Position numbers and translations under genes: made by a program. This document shows positions 10,232 through 24,317 of a DNA stretch of 64,000 nucleotides, piece after piece (position 1 is the stretch's first letter; each line of letters starts with the position of its first letter). The DNA is from Octopus bimaculoides (taxonomy: Eukaryota): positions 37,418,265-37,482,264 of the forward strand of contig NC_069003.1 in assembly GCF_001194135.2 (NCBI RefSeq), given 5' to 3'. Under the pieces are notes generated by a model. That model was not told the origin of the DNA. It searched no databases and worked only from the letters and a program-made list of their open reading frames with translations.

Positions 10232-13200
10232 CTGTTGCCCTTAACAACAAAATAACAAATACACATAAAATAAATAAAAAAAAACCATGATTCAATAAAT
10301 AAATTTTAAATAAAACGTTTGTCATTTTACGTTCAAATTACGTAAATATCAGACCCGTTTTTTATACTTTCCCTTCTTCCCATTTTTGTGGACAAGATTA
10401 TTTATATTTATTAATAATATTAATTTAGATATTTATAACTGAATTACACCATCAGTTGATAAACTCGGGAAAACATTTTAAAAAAAATTGAAAAAAAAAA
10501 TCATTAGAAATATATCGAGAAAAATAGTCTTGTGGGGGAAAAAAATAACAATTTGAAACTTTCGGTAAGTTAACTTCTTGAAAGCTTGAATATTTTTCAT
10601 ATCCTTAAACATATTATCATTACAACAATCATAATTATTGACAAATATTGTAACAATTAGCAAACTTTCAGGAGAGTTTTTATATAGATATTTTTGCTTT
10701 TTTAAATTTCTAGTCTTGATTTTTTTTTTTATTTTTCGCTTTCTAATCTCTCGTCTCTGAGAAGTGAGGACGCATGAATGAGGGCTATTATCGTTTAACC
10801 CCAGATAAATTAGTCTATGCAAAAAGACATTGTATCTACGACCATTCCATCCGTTTGTTCAAATAGCTATGTAATGTCTTCCTTTTTTTTTTTTTTTTTC
10901 GAATCCAGATAGAAAAGTCACAAGGGTTTTGTCCGGGGAAGGGTCCGAATCTCATAAATTAGTTGTGACTTTATTACCGGAAACCACAAACTGTGACTTT
11001 TTTTCCTAGCCAAAAATTGTGACTTTTTTTCCTAGCCANNNNNNNNNNNNNNNNNNNNNNNNNNNNNNNNNNNNNNNNNNNNNNNNNNNNNNNNNNNNNN
11101 NNNNNNNNNNNNNNNNNNNNNNNNNNNNNNNNNNNNNNNNNNNNNNNNNNNNNNNNNNNNNNNNNNNNNNNNNNNNNNNNNNNNNNNNNNNNNNNNNNNN
11201 NNNNNNNNNNNNNNNNNNNNNNNNNNNNNNNNNNNNNNNNNNNNNNNNNNNNNNNNNNNNNNNNNNNNNNNNNNNNNNNNNNNNNNNNNNNNNNNNNNNN
11301 NNNNNNNNNNNNNNNNNNNNNNNNNNNNNNNNNNNNNNNNNNNNNNNNNNNNNNNNNNNNNNNNNNNNNNNNNNNNNNNNNNNNNNNNNNNNNNNNNNNN
11401 NNNNNNNNNNNNNNNNNNNNNNNNNNNNNNNNNNNNNNNNNNNNNNNNNNNNNNNNNNNNNNNNNNNNNNNNNNNNNNNNNNNNNNNNNNNNNNNNNNNN
11501 NNNNNNNNNNNNNNNNNNNNNNNNNNNNNNNNNNNNNNNNNNNNNNNNNNNNNNNNNNNNNNNNNNNNNNNNNNNNNNNNNNNNNNNNNNNNNNNNNNNN
11601 NNNNNNNNNNNNNNNNNNNNNNNNNNNNNNNNNNNNNNNNNNNNNNNNNNNNNNNNNNNNNNNNNNNNNNNNNNNNNNNNNNNNNNNNNNNNNNNNNNNN
11701 NNNNNNNNNNNNNNNNNNNNNNNNNNNNNNNNNNNNNNNNNNNNNNNNNNNNCAACACGCTTACCATCTTTGACTCGCTCTTTTACATGTGTGAGAGTTT
11801 GGTGACTTTTATGTTACACCAAAAGAAAAAAAAATTAAAACCCTGAAAGGTGACGCTGAAGAGTTTACGCTTCTAAAAAGACATTTTAGCAAAATGGTGG
11901 AACTTTATCAGATTTTATTCCTTCACAGATCACATATACTTACGGCACTGCTGGTGGCGTAGCTAAAAGAGCAACGACTGTTCCTCCCAAGTACATTTTT
12001 CAAAATTGACACCTTTTATAGAATGTATAATCGATGAGTTAATTGTTTGCTATGTGCTCGCTCTTCCTAACTTTAGAACCTGGTTATGCCCCTGGGCGCA
12101 ACCACATGGATACTTGAGCAAACTAGGGAAATCTATATGTTATTGCTCGATCTATCAAAGATAGCCTTTAAATTCTCCTTCACGGCATACCCTACACTCA
12201 TAAAAAAAACTACGAAGGACACATTGGACGGTCTTTTCCATTTGATGTATTTCTTCCCATTTCCTTGAAAATCTCAACACAAATGGAGTTTTTCCAGGCC
12301 AATTACGAAAATCACGATTCTTTGGAGAAATTAAACAAAAAAAGTTATGAACCTTTAAAGCTTGGGTAAACAAACATACAAAAATCCTGTCTCTTTCCAT
12401 TGTTTCTGGTTAATCCCACTGGCTCCAGAACTGAGGGAATATTAATCTCAGCCAGGGCTACATTTTCTCTCATTAGATATTTTTTCAGTTTTAAAGGTTT
12501 TATAATTTTTTTAAATTAATTTTTTCGAAAAATATCTAAAACAAAAATGATGCCTTCCAAGTCATCATGGGATATTGAGGGATTCAAAAGCTTATTAAAT
12601 TCTTCAAGAAAGGATTGCAATTTTTGTAATTGGTATGAAAAAGTTCAACTGCAAAGAATTTTTCCAAAGATTGAAAGGTGTGTGAAACCAAAACAAAAAA
12701 AATCTCACATAGGATGATGTTGTTCAAATATGTCTGAAGAAAAATAGAAGAAGAGACCGCTTTTGGTAACAGGTCTACTGGATCAGAGCTAAACAACAAT
12801 CACTTCATGGCTATGGATGCTGCTGCTGCTACTACTACTGGAGCTTGTAAAGAGAAAGATTTCAGAGAAACCCATATAAAACTGAAGAACTTTAGGTCAT
12901 CTTGGTGTTCAAACACAACACACAAATACACCAAGAGATCTGTGACAATGCAAACATGAAAATATGTCATTCATTGAAATTTGCAGCAGCAGAAGCTAAT
13001 TATTTGCATCCTGAGAATGGAACATTTATTGCAAGCATCACCACCAGTTTTGTCCAAGAAGATAAAGTTAGGAGAATAATAGAAAGAAAGGAGAAGGAAT
13101 GCAAAAGAAGATTAATGCTGTTAAGGATCCGTTCAGACTATTGCAGATCAACAACAGCAAGAAAAAAAAAAACATGGGAGGAGATACCAGAGAAGTGATG

Positions 13201-14939
13201 TTCTGGGATTGGGAATGATGGTTAGTGTAGGGAAAGAGTGACAAGGGGTGGAATGATGAATGGGTCAGGGGTGCCTGAGTGATGGAATAAGAGACTAGTC
13301 TGTTCTAAGAAGCAGAGACCATTGCAGTAGAAAAGACAGAAAAGGAGAGGAGATAGCATGCCTGTTGGTGAGAGGCTGAAGAAGTTTGTCATTAATGATG
13401 GAAAGCCAATCAGCCAAGTGGCCCTTATCTAAATGTAGTCAAGATGCTAGTGTGCACAGCTACAACACTTGTCCCAGACGTGAGCACAGTGCTCGATTGT
13501 GGGTTTCACTTGAGCTTTGTAGAATGTCAACAGCTATTGGGGCTGAAATAGGTTTTAAAGCTATTGTAACGCCATGACACATCAACCTTCACCCATCATC
13601 ATCATCACAACACATACCTCAATGAACAAAAATTACTTTCGTGAACTTCAAAAGAATTAAGGTTCATAGAACATAACAACACCTCAATGTAATGAGGAAG
13701 CCTACATTGTTATTGCTCAAACTGATAGTAATAGCAGCCCAATCTTTGTAAAATGTCACTTCAAAAAAAAAAAAAGGACATGAATAATGTCATTGTAGAT
13801 GTTCTTTAAAAAATGAGATGGTCATGCCTGGAATGGTTTTGATCTGCTTGATGAAAGGTGATCCATGGATAAACAACAATACCACAATCCTCATCAAAGA
13901 CTCTTCAATGTTTATATTCAACAACAAGGGAGGGTTTCTAAAATCATGTCTCCAGGTCAATAAACTAATGACCATCTGAAATTATCCATTGGCACCATAC
14001 ACAACAGAAATGAAATTCAGTTTCAAGAAACTAAGCAATGGATATAGACGAACAGGGAGCTGGCAAATATTTGTTTCCAACATAAATTACAAAACTAACA
14101 GGAAATTACTTATACAAGCTAATTAATAACATCAACAAAGCCACACCACTTAACACGTTTTAATAAAAATCTCAGATTGCGCTCCAACAGGAAACAAATA
14201 GTCAGATATTTTTCAAAACTCAGTCATTAAAAGGTGGTGACACAAAATGTAAAATATGCCTGTTCTAACTTGAATATGACATCTACAACTTTGTGTTAGC
14301 AGAAAACTGATAGAGCAATCCCCAAACTCAACTCTTGAGCACAAAGACCAGAAAGAAATCACTGACATCAAGATTTCTAGCTACACATACCAATACTTGT
14401 CAAATAGAATCTGTAAAAGGTAAAAATCATATCAGTTTTATACCTCAACAAAGGCCTAAATGAAGCAACATTACACAAATCCATCACTTAACTATGTGTG
14501 TCCTTAAAAATTTTAGAAAAATTCAATCCTTGACAGCAATCATTTGCATGTTACTCAAACTTTACCATAATTTCAAGACTACTACTCTTCTCACAAAGCT
14601 CACCATTTCAAACCATTTTTACTACCAGTGATATTAGCAAAACTTTTAACTTCATTTGTAACAACTTGACAAAAAGCATAACTTTTGTTGTTGGATAGTT
14701 AACTATGTCTCAGGTTTTGAAAATGCAATTTCCTAAAAAGTGCACCACAAGGCTCTGCATCCTTCCATTATTCCCAGATGCAGCTTCTTCACTTATCAGA
14801 TCCTGCACAAAAACCCACTTGGTTCAAAGTAATGCTTTAAATAGTTCATTCCTACATGATCCTTCCTCACCAGTAACACCAAAGGACTTTCGTTACAACC
14901 TGCCATCAACATAAAATAATGCATATGCACCTACAAATA

Positions 14940-15560
14940 TGAAGTGGTATCAAAAAGGTTCTTGGACTAATTATGATTAATAAAAAATAACTTATTTACC
15001 TAAGTTTTAACATCATCTCCTTCACAAAATAGTGACCTTGCACAGCAACACACTAGTCTCAGTGTTCCTACCGCTTTTATACTTTTCAAGTCATTTTCTG
15101 TAAGCAAGTCAAGGACCTACTGTGATTTGCTATGGATCTCGACAACAGTGTTAAAACAGCAACCTTTGAGTTGAATTTTCATCTCGGGGAAGAGATGGAA
15201 GTCTGCAGTGCCAAACCTGGTGAATAGGGGGAGTGCAGAAGTGATACCATGTTGTTTTTGGCAAGAAACTCACAAGTGAGGAGAACTCTGTGAAGAATTG
15301 AATTCTTCATATTCCATAGCTCCAGCTGCTTTCACTGAACCCTTCAAAAGGTTGCAGTAGAACTCTCGATTGATGGTCTGGTCTTGGTGGGGGGGGGGAG
15401 TTCTTGATGCACGATACCACAGATGACAAGAAAAACAATGAGCATGTTCTTGATTGAGCTGTGGCAGTTGCCTGCTTTGGAAGTGCCTGTCCCTCTCAAA
15501 ACATTGCATATGAACCACTGCCTTGTTGCCGTAAGCTTTCCAAAGGCTGTCTACATCTAC
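14940..15560 (-). mobile_element. Mariner relic (3' part)
   Basis: TA followed by TIR tgaagtggtatcaaaaaggttc, the reverse complement of the 3' end of the 22549 element; decayed transposase. Confidence 0.7.
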
Positions 15561-16574
15561 TCATGACTAAATAGCTACCTAAAATAACTAATGAACGTAT
15601 GGTACACACAACCAGATCCTACTTGATCTGTGAGTGATGGCTAAACATTCAACAAGATGAAGGTTTGTCATGTCTGGAGCTTTGGATCTGTGTATTGGCC
15701 CTTAGGTTTTTTTTTTAGCTAATGATCTACTTATCATAGATATGGTCAGACATGCACTTACATCTACACACACACACACACACACACATGCATACAAATG
15801 CAACATCTCATTTTTTTTTTTCGTTGTAAAAATACATTGTTCTAAACAACACATGTCAGCTTTCCTTTTTATTTTTTTGTGTTTTAATTATAGTGTAAAG
15901 AATCTGAAAGTAATTTGGTAAATATTTCTGAAAACTGACAGACTCCACATTCCATCAAAGAAACCAAAAGAAATATGGGTGTTGATGAAAATAACATGGA
16001 TTTTATAGAAGGTAATTTCTTTGGCTCACTTTGTCTCTTTCTACTGCTTCTTTCTTTTATTCACTTGTCATCTTTTACTTGTTTCAGTCATTGGACTGTG
16101 GCCATACTGGGGCACTACCTTGAAGAATTTTAGTGAAAACAATCAGCCCCAGGACTCTTTTAGTAAACTTGGTACTTATTCTGTCAGTTTCTTTTGCCAA
16201 ACTGTTAAGTTATGAGGATGTAGACGGCATCACTGGTTGTCAGGTGGAATGAGGACAAACACAAAGACACACACACACACACACACACACATGCATATAC
16301 AACAGGCTACTTTCACTTTCTCTCTACCATGCTATGGAAAATACTTGGCAAACTTGGATGTCCAGATCACTTTGTATCTATAATTAAATCATTTTATGAT
16401 GGGATGGAAGCTTGAGTCAATGCTGGTGGTGGCATGGCAGGACCCATTCCTTGAGAGAATGGTGTCAAGCTGGTTGACATCCTTGCCCCAACTCTCTTTT
16501 CTTACTACGTTGCTGCTGCTGCTTTTACTCATGCTTTTGCTGAGGTTAGCTCTCTCGGAATATATGTCAGGTTA

Positions 16575-17620
16575 TTGATCTTCTGGCTGCCTCTTTAATC
16601 TGTGTCAATTTGCTGCCAATTCAAAAGTTTTCCAGTCTATTATTCCTGACCTCCTTTATGCAGACGACTGTGACTCAGTCACTCATACAGTGGATAACGT
16701 GCAAATACTTATGAATCATATTTCTGCTTCTTGTAAGGCATTTGGACTCAGCATTAGCCTGGATAAAACAGTTGTAATGTTCCAGTCTGCAACAGGAAAT
16801 CCATATGTGGAATCAGCTATCTTAGTTGAAGGAACAATTCTGAAAGTGGTCGACAAGTTTGTCTACCTGGGCAGCACACTCAGCCGTTCTTGCTCCCTGG
16901 ATGATGAAATTATCTTTCAGGCTGCAGAGAGCAACTGATTCCTTCTGGTCTCTTGAATCTTGTGTCTGGTCCCAGCATGACATCACAGGGTGAACAAAAA
17001 TTGCTGTGTACCATGCATGTGTATTGACATCACTCCTTTATTTGTGTAAGACATGGACCCTTTATAAACGTCATATCAGGGTCCTTGAATGCTTCCATCA
17101 GAGATGTATGAGACACATTCTGAATGTTGGCTGGACCTTGAAAACTCCAGATACACAGGTCCTGAGGACAGCCAATATCCTGAGTATTGAGGCAATGGTG
17201 CACAAAGACTGGTTACATTGGACTGGAGACTTTGTTAGAATGAATGATAGTAGGATCCCCGAACAGATGCTATATGGGGAACTTGTTAGTGGAAAGCAAC
17301 CCTGGCAGAAGCCAACACTGTGATTTAAGGACCATGTAAAGACCTCATTAAAGGCCTGTGAAATGTGTGTGGGGGGGAGGGGTCTGACTGGGACAATAAT
17401 GCTTGTCATCGCAACTGGTGGAGAAAACAGGTGAAGGAGGGAGTTGATACCTTTTGAAAGAGCACGTATTCTTCATGAAGAATTTAAGCATGCTGCTCGA
17501 AAATGCACTGCTAGTGTAATGAATGGGGAAAGCTTCGTCTGCAATATTTGAAGTCGTGTATGTTAGTCAAGAGCAGGCCTCATTAGTCATCAGTGGAGCC
17601 ACAAGTGTAAAGTATAAGGG
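16575..17620 (+). mobile_element. RTE (BovB-like) LINE 3' fragment, pseudogenised
   Basis: LLYADDC..., FGLSISLDKTVVM, VDKFVYLGSTLS, WTLYKRHIRVLECFHQRCMRHIL, QMLYGEL; C-terminal Cys/His finger. Confidence 0.9.
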
Positions 17621-18019
17621 AGTTTTGAGTGCACAATGTTCCTAAAGGTCAGTAATGGTTTTTCTTGATCATGAATGGACGGCCATCATGTGTGTATGCA
17701 TATGTATATATATGTATGTATATGTCCATTCCTTTGTTTGTCTATAGTCTGAAAAATTGATGTAGCTATATTAGTGTAACTTGGAGCAGTTTAACAAATA
17801 GAGATTAATAAATGATGTACGAGATTGAAGAATAGGTTCTGGATATAAATCAATTAAAAAAAAATTAAATTTAAAATTAAATAGGTTCTTGATATAAATC
17901 AATTAAAGAAAACAAACTTGAAGGCATAGCTCCAGCATGGCTGAAAATCCAGTGACTGGAAACTTTAAATGAATAAAGACTATAAACACACAGGCATGCA
18001 CACATGCAAACACATGCAT

Positions 18020-18067
<48 letters not shown>

Positions 18068-18305
18068 ATTCAAATGATATAACTCTGTAACAACTGCCAG
18101 AAATTATGATTGCTTGTGCTAATTATATAGTTTAAATTTAAGAATCCTTAATTTTGTGTTGTCTTCTTATATGTATTATTAACAATAGTCGTTAATAAAG
18201 TTAAATACTCTGTTATGAATCTAACTCTAAAAAAGTATTAGGCCAAACAGTATCATGCTCTATTAGTCTTCTAATCATGGTATATCTCTTCATTCCTTCA
18301 TTCAG

Positions 18306-18389
18306 ATAAAGAAATGAATGAAATACTTGACTCAGCCATTTCAGAGATGCTAGGAAGAATTAAGCGGTCACTCGAAGAAGAAATTCCAG
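18306..18389 (+). CDS. Gene B exon 1 (first exon found; predicted amphipathic helix)
   Basis: ttcattcAG|ataaa ... attccag|GTaaat; 84 nt, phase 1-1, DKEMNEILDSAISEMLGRIKRSLEEEIP. Confidence 0.7.
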
Positions 18390-19246
18390 GTAAATGAATT
18401 TTGTTGTACTCTTTTTAAAAAAAACATTTTTTAATGACTTATTTGAAGGAAGTAGGAAGGGAAGTAACCATGAGCTTTTGGTGGTCTGTAAGCTCTGGTG
18501 AGAAGAAGGGAAAAAAAAAGCTCTCCCCATACAGGAGATCTGAGCTGAATGCTTGCAACAGAGTGGAATTTTAGAGGCCAGATGATAAGAATGCTAAAAT
18601 GAGCAATGGATGGAGTCTTTTGGGAAATTTTCACACAGTACCTGTCTGTCAAATGTTGCTCAGAAGATTTGAGTTAATCCAAAGGACACTTGCCTAATTA
18701 GATGTGCCATGGGGCTGAACCAGAAATCATGCAACTATGAAACAAACCTATTAACTACATAGCTATGCCTGCTTTTCAAACACCAGTCAAGGGGGAAAGA
18801 ATAAGTGGTTGAGAAATTGAGCTATTAGGGCATCGGTCACAAGTTCAAATCAGTTGTAAACTTTTTGCCATGCTTCTGGAAAGGGCACTTTAACTTCACC
18901 TGGTCCTTGGTTGCTATCAGCAAAGTACTCTCAATTGCAAACATTCACATTGAACCCTCAGTTCCTTTCTAGCCCATGTTTTGGTTAGTTATCAAATACA
19001 TCATTCTCACACAGCTGGGTAATATCTGGGCACTGTCTCTCATCCTCTAACTTATAGGATGTGTGGTTAGTCAACAAGAACTAATCGTTTCTATGTCAGG
19101 TCTTTAATTTCAGCTCGTAGTAATATACATTGTATACAGGCTGTTGGTCACAACATGCAATTAACTTTACTCTTATAAATGCAGAACTTAGTGATTTAGT
19201 AAAGAACAAATAATCAGTGCTATTGTTTGATTTTCTTTAATTTCAG

Positions 19247-19504
19247 CCAAACCACTGCCACCAATGGTCCCCATACCCATACGAGAGGAAGAGCCACAAA
19301 AGTTAGCGAAAGTTCTTGAGGACTTAGGAGTACAGACAGATGCAGTAGCCATGGATGGTGAAAAGAAAATGCAGTACCAGATCAACATTCAGGAGCATGC
19401 ACGCCCAGCATGCTCACCACTCCATATCAACTTGAGCCTGCCTCCTCATACTTGCCCATCAACGCCACCATCCAGTTCTCCAGCTCCAGTTAAATCGACT
19501 GCAG
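19247..19504 (+). CDS. Gene B repeat exon 2 (EDLGVQTD; PLHINLSLPPHTC)
   Basis: ttaatttcAG|ccaaa ... actgcag|GTaact; 258 nt, phase 1-1. Confidence 0.85.
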
Positions 19505-20012
19505 GTAACTAAAGTACAGGGTTCTCTATCTGATTGTTTCTACCTGATTGTCAGTTTGTCTGATTGTCTATTTGTTTGTCTGTCTGTTTGATCATCATCT
19601 GACTGTCATTTTTGTTTGTTTGATCCTCCGACTGCTCGTCTCTCTGACTGTCTCAGGGTTCTAACAGCCTAATTATCTCAACAGCCATCTGAAAGTCTCC
19701 CTATATTGGCTGTCTTTCCATCTAACTCTGTTCGATACCTTCAACTCTGCCTGCCTGCCTACCTACCTACCTACCTACCTACCTACCTACCTACTACATG
19801 CCTGTTTGTCTGTCTGTATGTCCCTCTGTATGTATGTATGTCTACTCGCCTGTCTGTCTGCTTATCCTTCAGTCTGTTTAATGAATTCATGAAGTGGAAT
19901 AAATTAGTTTCCAGTGAGAAAGAGTTGTTTAATGTTTCAGGCAGGTCCCTTTGTCCGATTGAAATAATTGAGATCCATTCCTCACAACAAACTAGTTTAC
20001 TTCCTTTTGTGA

Positions 20013-21020
20013 ATCATCATCATCATCATCGTTTAACGTCCGCTTTCCATGCTAGCATGGGTTGGACGATTTGACTGAGGACTGGTGAAACCGGATGGCA
20101 ACACCAGGCTCCAGTCTAATTTGGCAGAGTTTCTACAGCTGGATGCCCTTCCTAACGCCAACCACTCAGAGAGTGTAGTGGGTGCTTTTACGTGTCACCC
20201 GCACGAAAACGGCCACGCTCGAAATGGTGTCTTTTATGTGCCACCCGNNNNNNNNNNNNNNNNNNNNNNNNNNNNNNNNNNNNNNNNNNNNNNNNNNNNN
20301 NNNNNNNNNNNNNNNNNNNNNNNNNNNNNNNNNNNNNNNNNNNNNNNNNNNNNNNNNNNNNNNNNNNNNNNNNNNNNNNNNNNNNNNNNNNNNNNNNNNN
20401 NNNNNNNNNNNNNNNNNNNNNNNNNNNNNNNNNNNNNNNNNNNNNNNNNNNNNNNNNNNNNNNNNNNNNNNNNNNNNNNNNNNNNNNNNNNNNNNNNNNN
20501 NNNNNNNNNNNNNNNNNNNNNNNNNNNNNNNNNNNNNNNNNNNNNNNNNNNNNNNNNNNNNNNNNNNNNNNNNNNNNNNNNNNNNNNNNNNNNNNNNNNN
20601 NNNNNNNNNNNNNNNNNNNNNNNNNNNNNNNNNNNNNNNNNNNNNNNNNNNNNNNNNNNNNNNNNNNNNNNNNNNNNNNNNNNNNNNNNNNNNNNNNNNN
20701 NTAATGTTCAGCTTTTCTCTCAAGATACTTACACTCTGACGGGTATTCACATTGACATTACACATCCAACGGAGCATACTGGCTTCATTCCTTGCGAGCT
20801 TACGTATGTCCTCAGCAGTTACAGCCCATGTTTCACTGCCATGTAGCATGGCTGTTCGTACGCATGCGTCATACAGTCTGCCTTTTACTCTGAGTGAGAG
20901 TCCCTTTGTCGCCAGCAGGGGTAAGAGCTCTCTAAACTTTGCCCAGGCTATTCTTATTCTAGCAGCTACACTTTCAGCGCACCCACCCCCACTACTAACT
21001 TGGTCGCCCAGATAGTGAAT
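20013..21020 (-). mobile_element. RTE-X-like LINE 3' fragment with (CAT)n tail, interrupted by gap 20248-20701
   Basis: AKFRELLPLLATKGLSLRVKGRLYDACVRTAMLHGSETWAVTAEDIRKLARNEASMLRWMCNV; tail ggcgttaggaagggcatccagc...gttaaacgatgatgat. Confidence 0.85.
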
Positions 21021-21836
21021 GGTTTTGTATTTACCATTTGCTAGCCATCACTTGTTTTGGCAACCCTACCCTACTCTTCCCACAACCACTTCCCTCCCTC
21101 ATTCTCATTGTCGTCCCTTCCTGCACAATGTCTCTCAATCATCTCTTCCTTTCTGTACCTTCAGCCCTTTCTTTCTCTCACTCCCTCCCCTCGCTCCCAC
21201 ACTCCATTCTTGACCCCTCTTATACCTGCTACCATTCTCCATACCCTCTCATATACATCATCATGCTCCACTAGACCTTTTGAACCTCTTTATCTCCACC
21301 CCTCCACTGCTCCTACACCTTGCACATCATTCCACTACTTTCTGATCTCTTCTCCTCCCTAATCCTAACCCTTACCTTCTCCACCTTCACCTTCATTCAT
21401 TACTCACTACATTCATCTCTACCCCCATCTCTAATCATCTGTTCTTCTCTCCTCACATCTTCTTATGCTCTGACATCTAGTCACAACCATCTCTATCTTC
21501 ATTCCAGCTATTCCCACTCGCATCTATGTAATGTGGGATTGCCATGTATCTCCCCTATTACAAGACACCTGGGCTTTCCCACCCCCTCAATATCCCTCCC
21601 TTGTTCTTTCTTGTCATGCAAGCTACCCGTTGACCTTATTAATGTTGGTGGCATGAAAAAAGCACCCAGTACACACAATAAAGTGGTTGGCATTAGGAAG
21701 GGTATTTAGCCATAGAAATCATGCCTAAGTAGATACTGGAGTTTGACACAATCCTGTCAAACAACCAGATCCTGTAAAATCATCCAATCTATGCCAGCAT
21801 AGAAAACAAAAGGTTAAACGACGACGATGATGATGA

Positions 21837-21882
<46 letters not shown>

Positions 21883-22056
21883 GTATGTATGTATACATTT
21901 AATAATAGAAAACTTATACAAAAATGTATAATTACATGATGAGTAAAGCACTGGCACAGTTTAGACTACCTGTTGTTATATGTAGATTTACTTCAGAAAC
22001 TAAACATGTCATGCTTATTAAAATTCTAATACAAATTCCATCTCCTGCTTCATTAA

Positions 22057-22093
<37 letters not shown>

Positions 22094-22548
22094 AACTGTA
22101 GCATGTGCAGCAAGTCATAAGTGGAAGAAAACCTAGAGTAACATTACCCAGTCTGCATCAAGTTTTAATTTTCTCATTTGTTTTTCAGGCATGAGAACAA
22201 TCTCAACATGGCAGCTTCTAATATGACATGGGAAATGAAAAAGTGTGCATTGCTCATGGCCGTAGCTGTCAAATCTTAGCAATTCAGAAATCTTGACTAT
22301 GACTGGGGCCTGCATATTCTGGGTTGGGAAAAAGCTACAGGAGAAAGTAATTCCTTGTTGACAATCTGGACATATGAATTTATCCAACGGGTCTAGGAGA
22401 TCATCAATGACAACCCCAGTAGGTTGAAGGGGCCCATTGCTGAGTAAGGATGGTAGAGTTGAGTATCAAATGAGTGGTGCCTAAGTATGAATCCTATGTG
22501 TTGAGGAGAGGGGCAGCTGATGCCTAACAAGACCCAAAAGAACCACTA

Positions 22549-23367
22549 TGAGGTGGTATCAAAAAGTTGCTGGACTAATTCTGTAGCGTGCCAAAAGATG
22601 GTAGCACATGGTTGCATGCACAGTGAGAGCTAGCAGGGACCTTCATGAAGCAGTGAGCTGAGTGATGTTGCTGTGTTTACATTGCAAGTTGTGAAATTTT
22701 GCATTAAACTTGGGAAGTCTGCTATGGAGACATTGAGCATGCTTACAGCAACAGCAACAAGACAATGGGGTTATATGCAATGTTTTGAGTGCTTCAAAAG
22801 TGGAAGAACATCCCTGGAAGATGATGAGCAATCTGGGAAACCTGGCATGAGTGTCACCCCCAGAAATTTGGAGGAAATTCATCAGTTTGTACATGAAGAT
22901 CATTGGAGGACAATCAATGACATTTTGAAATGTTTGAAGGAGGACAATTGGCAAAAGAGATTGGCTCTGTGAAGCACGAAGAATTGGATTCTTCATGACG
23001 ACAATGCACCCTGTCACTTGTGAGTTTCTTGCCAGAAACGACATGGTATTGCTTCCACACCTGCCGCCCCCCACCCCTATTCACCAGATTTAGCACCTGC
23101 AGACTTTCATTTCTTCTCCAAGAGGAAAATGTAGCTCAAAGGTGACTGTTTTAATACCATTGTCAAGATGCAGAGCAAATCACAGAAGGTCCGTGACCCA
23201 CTTACTGAAAACAACTTCCAGGTTGGATTGCAAAAGTGGCAGGAACACTGGGACCGGTGTATTGCTGTGAAAGGGAACTATTTCAAAGGAGATGATGTTA
23301 ACATTTAGGTAAAGAAATTATTTTTTATTAAACATAACATGTCTGGGAACCTTTTGATGCCACCTCA
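22549..23367 (+). mobile_element. Internally deleted mariner element with both TIRs and TA flanks
   Basis: TA|tgaggtggtatcaaaaagttgctggac ... gtctgggaaccttttgatgccacctca|TA; transposase remnants (ECFKSGRTSLEDDEQSGKP, LHDDNAP, PYSPDLAPADF). Confidence 0.85.
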
Positions 23368-23691
23368 TATGTGACTATATGACCCCTCAAATTATGTGCC
23401 CTCCAAGCTGTCCTGAATTGGAAACCCTAGACAGCTGCATCAGGGGCATATTTGGTGGGTGGGAGGAGGTGTAGTTAGTTCCCTCACAATGACAAGCTTT
23501 AATTTGAGGTTGTCGTTGTCGACATGATACATGGGATGGGCAGATGTAAGCTGATGTTTGCATGCAGCCAATTACATGGTGCCATGAAGGTCGACATTGA
23601 ATATGTGCTATTTAACAGGGAGTGTGATTTAAGTTCAGTGTTTTGTGTTTTACCTTGTTTTGTCTTGTTCTTGGTTACATGGCACACCCTG

Positions 23692-23751
<60 letters not shown>

Positions 23752-24250
23752 CATACATACATGCACACACAGCACATACACACATGCATACACATACACA
23801 TATGCACATACACATATTATACACATACACATAAATATATATGTATATTTATATACATAAGTAAAAATTTACACATACAAACAGGTGTGTGTGTGTATGT
23901 GTGTGCGTGTGTTCGTGCATGTATATAAGTAAATAATTTTTGTTGTCAAAATATTTTTACATAGTCTCTCACAATGATGTGGCTTTTTGTTGACAATTAA
24001 TGCTTATTGCCTAATTTAAGTAGATATTTACAGTATGCACATTATATGTGTATACATATATGTGTGTATGCATATATATATTTACATGAAGATAAACATA
24101 TGTCCATTGGTCATAGAGTGACCAATGGTTTAACACCCATAAAGTGAAATTGGTCACTCATTGACCAGACATATATTTATCTTCGTCTAAATACATTATT
24201 GCTCTAACTTTTAGAGTGTACTTCTTTTCCAAATATATGATCCACTGATG

Positions 24251-24315
<65 letters not shown>

Positions 24316-24317
<2 letters not shown>

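Noticed and set aside
11006-11846. Long ORFs crossing N-runs (also 20085-20849 and 52826-53587)
   Set aside because: Open only because assembly gaps translate as X.
11850-12440. Coding-like stretch as a Polinton or viral gene
   Set aside because: Interrupted by stops and no recognisable motif, so it cannot be assigned.
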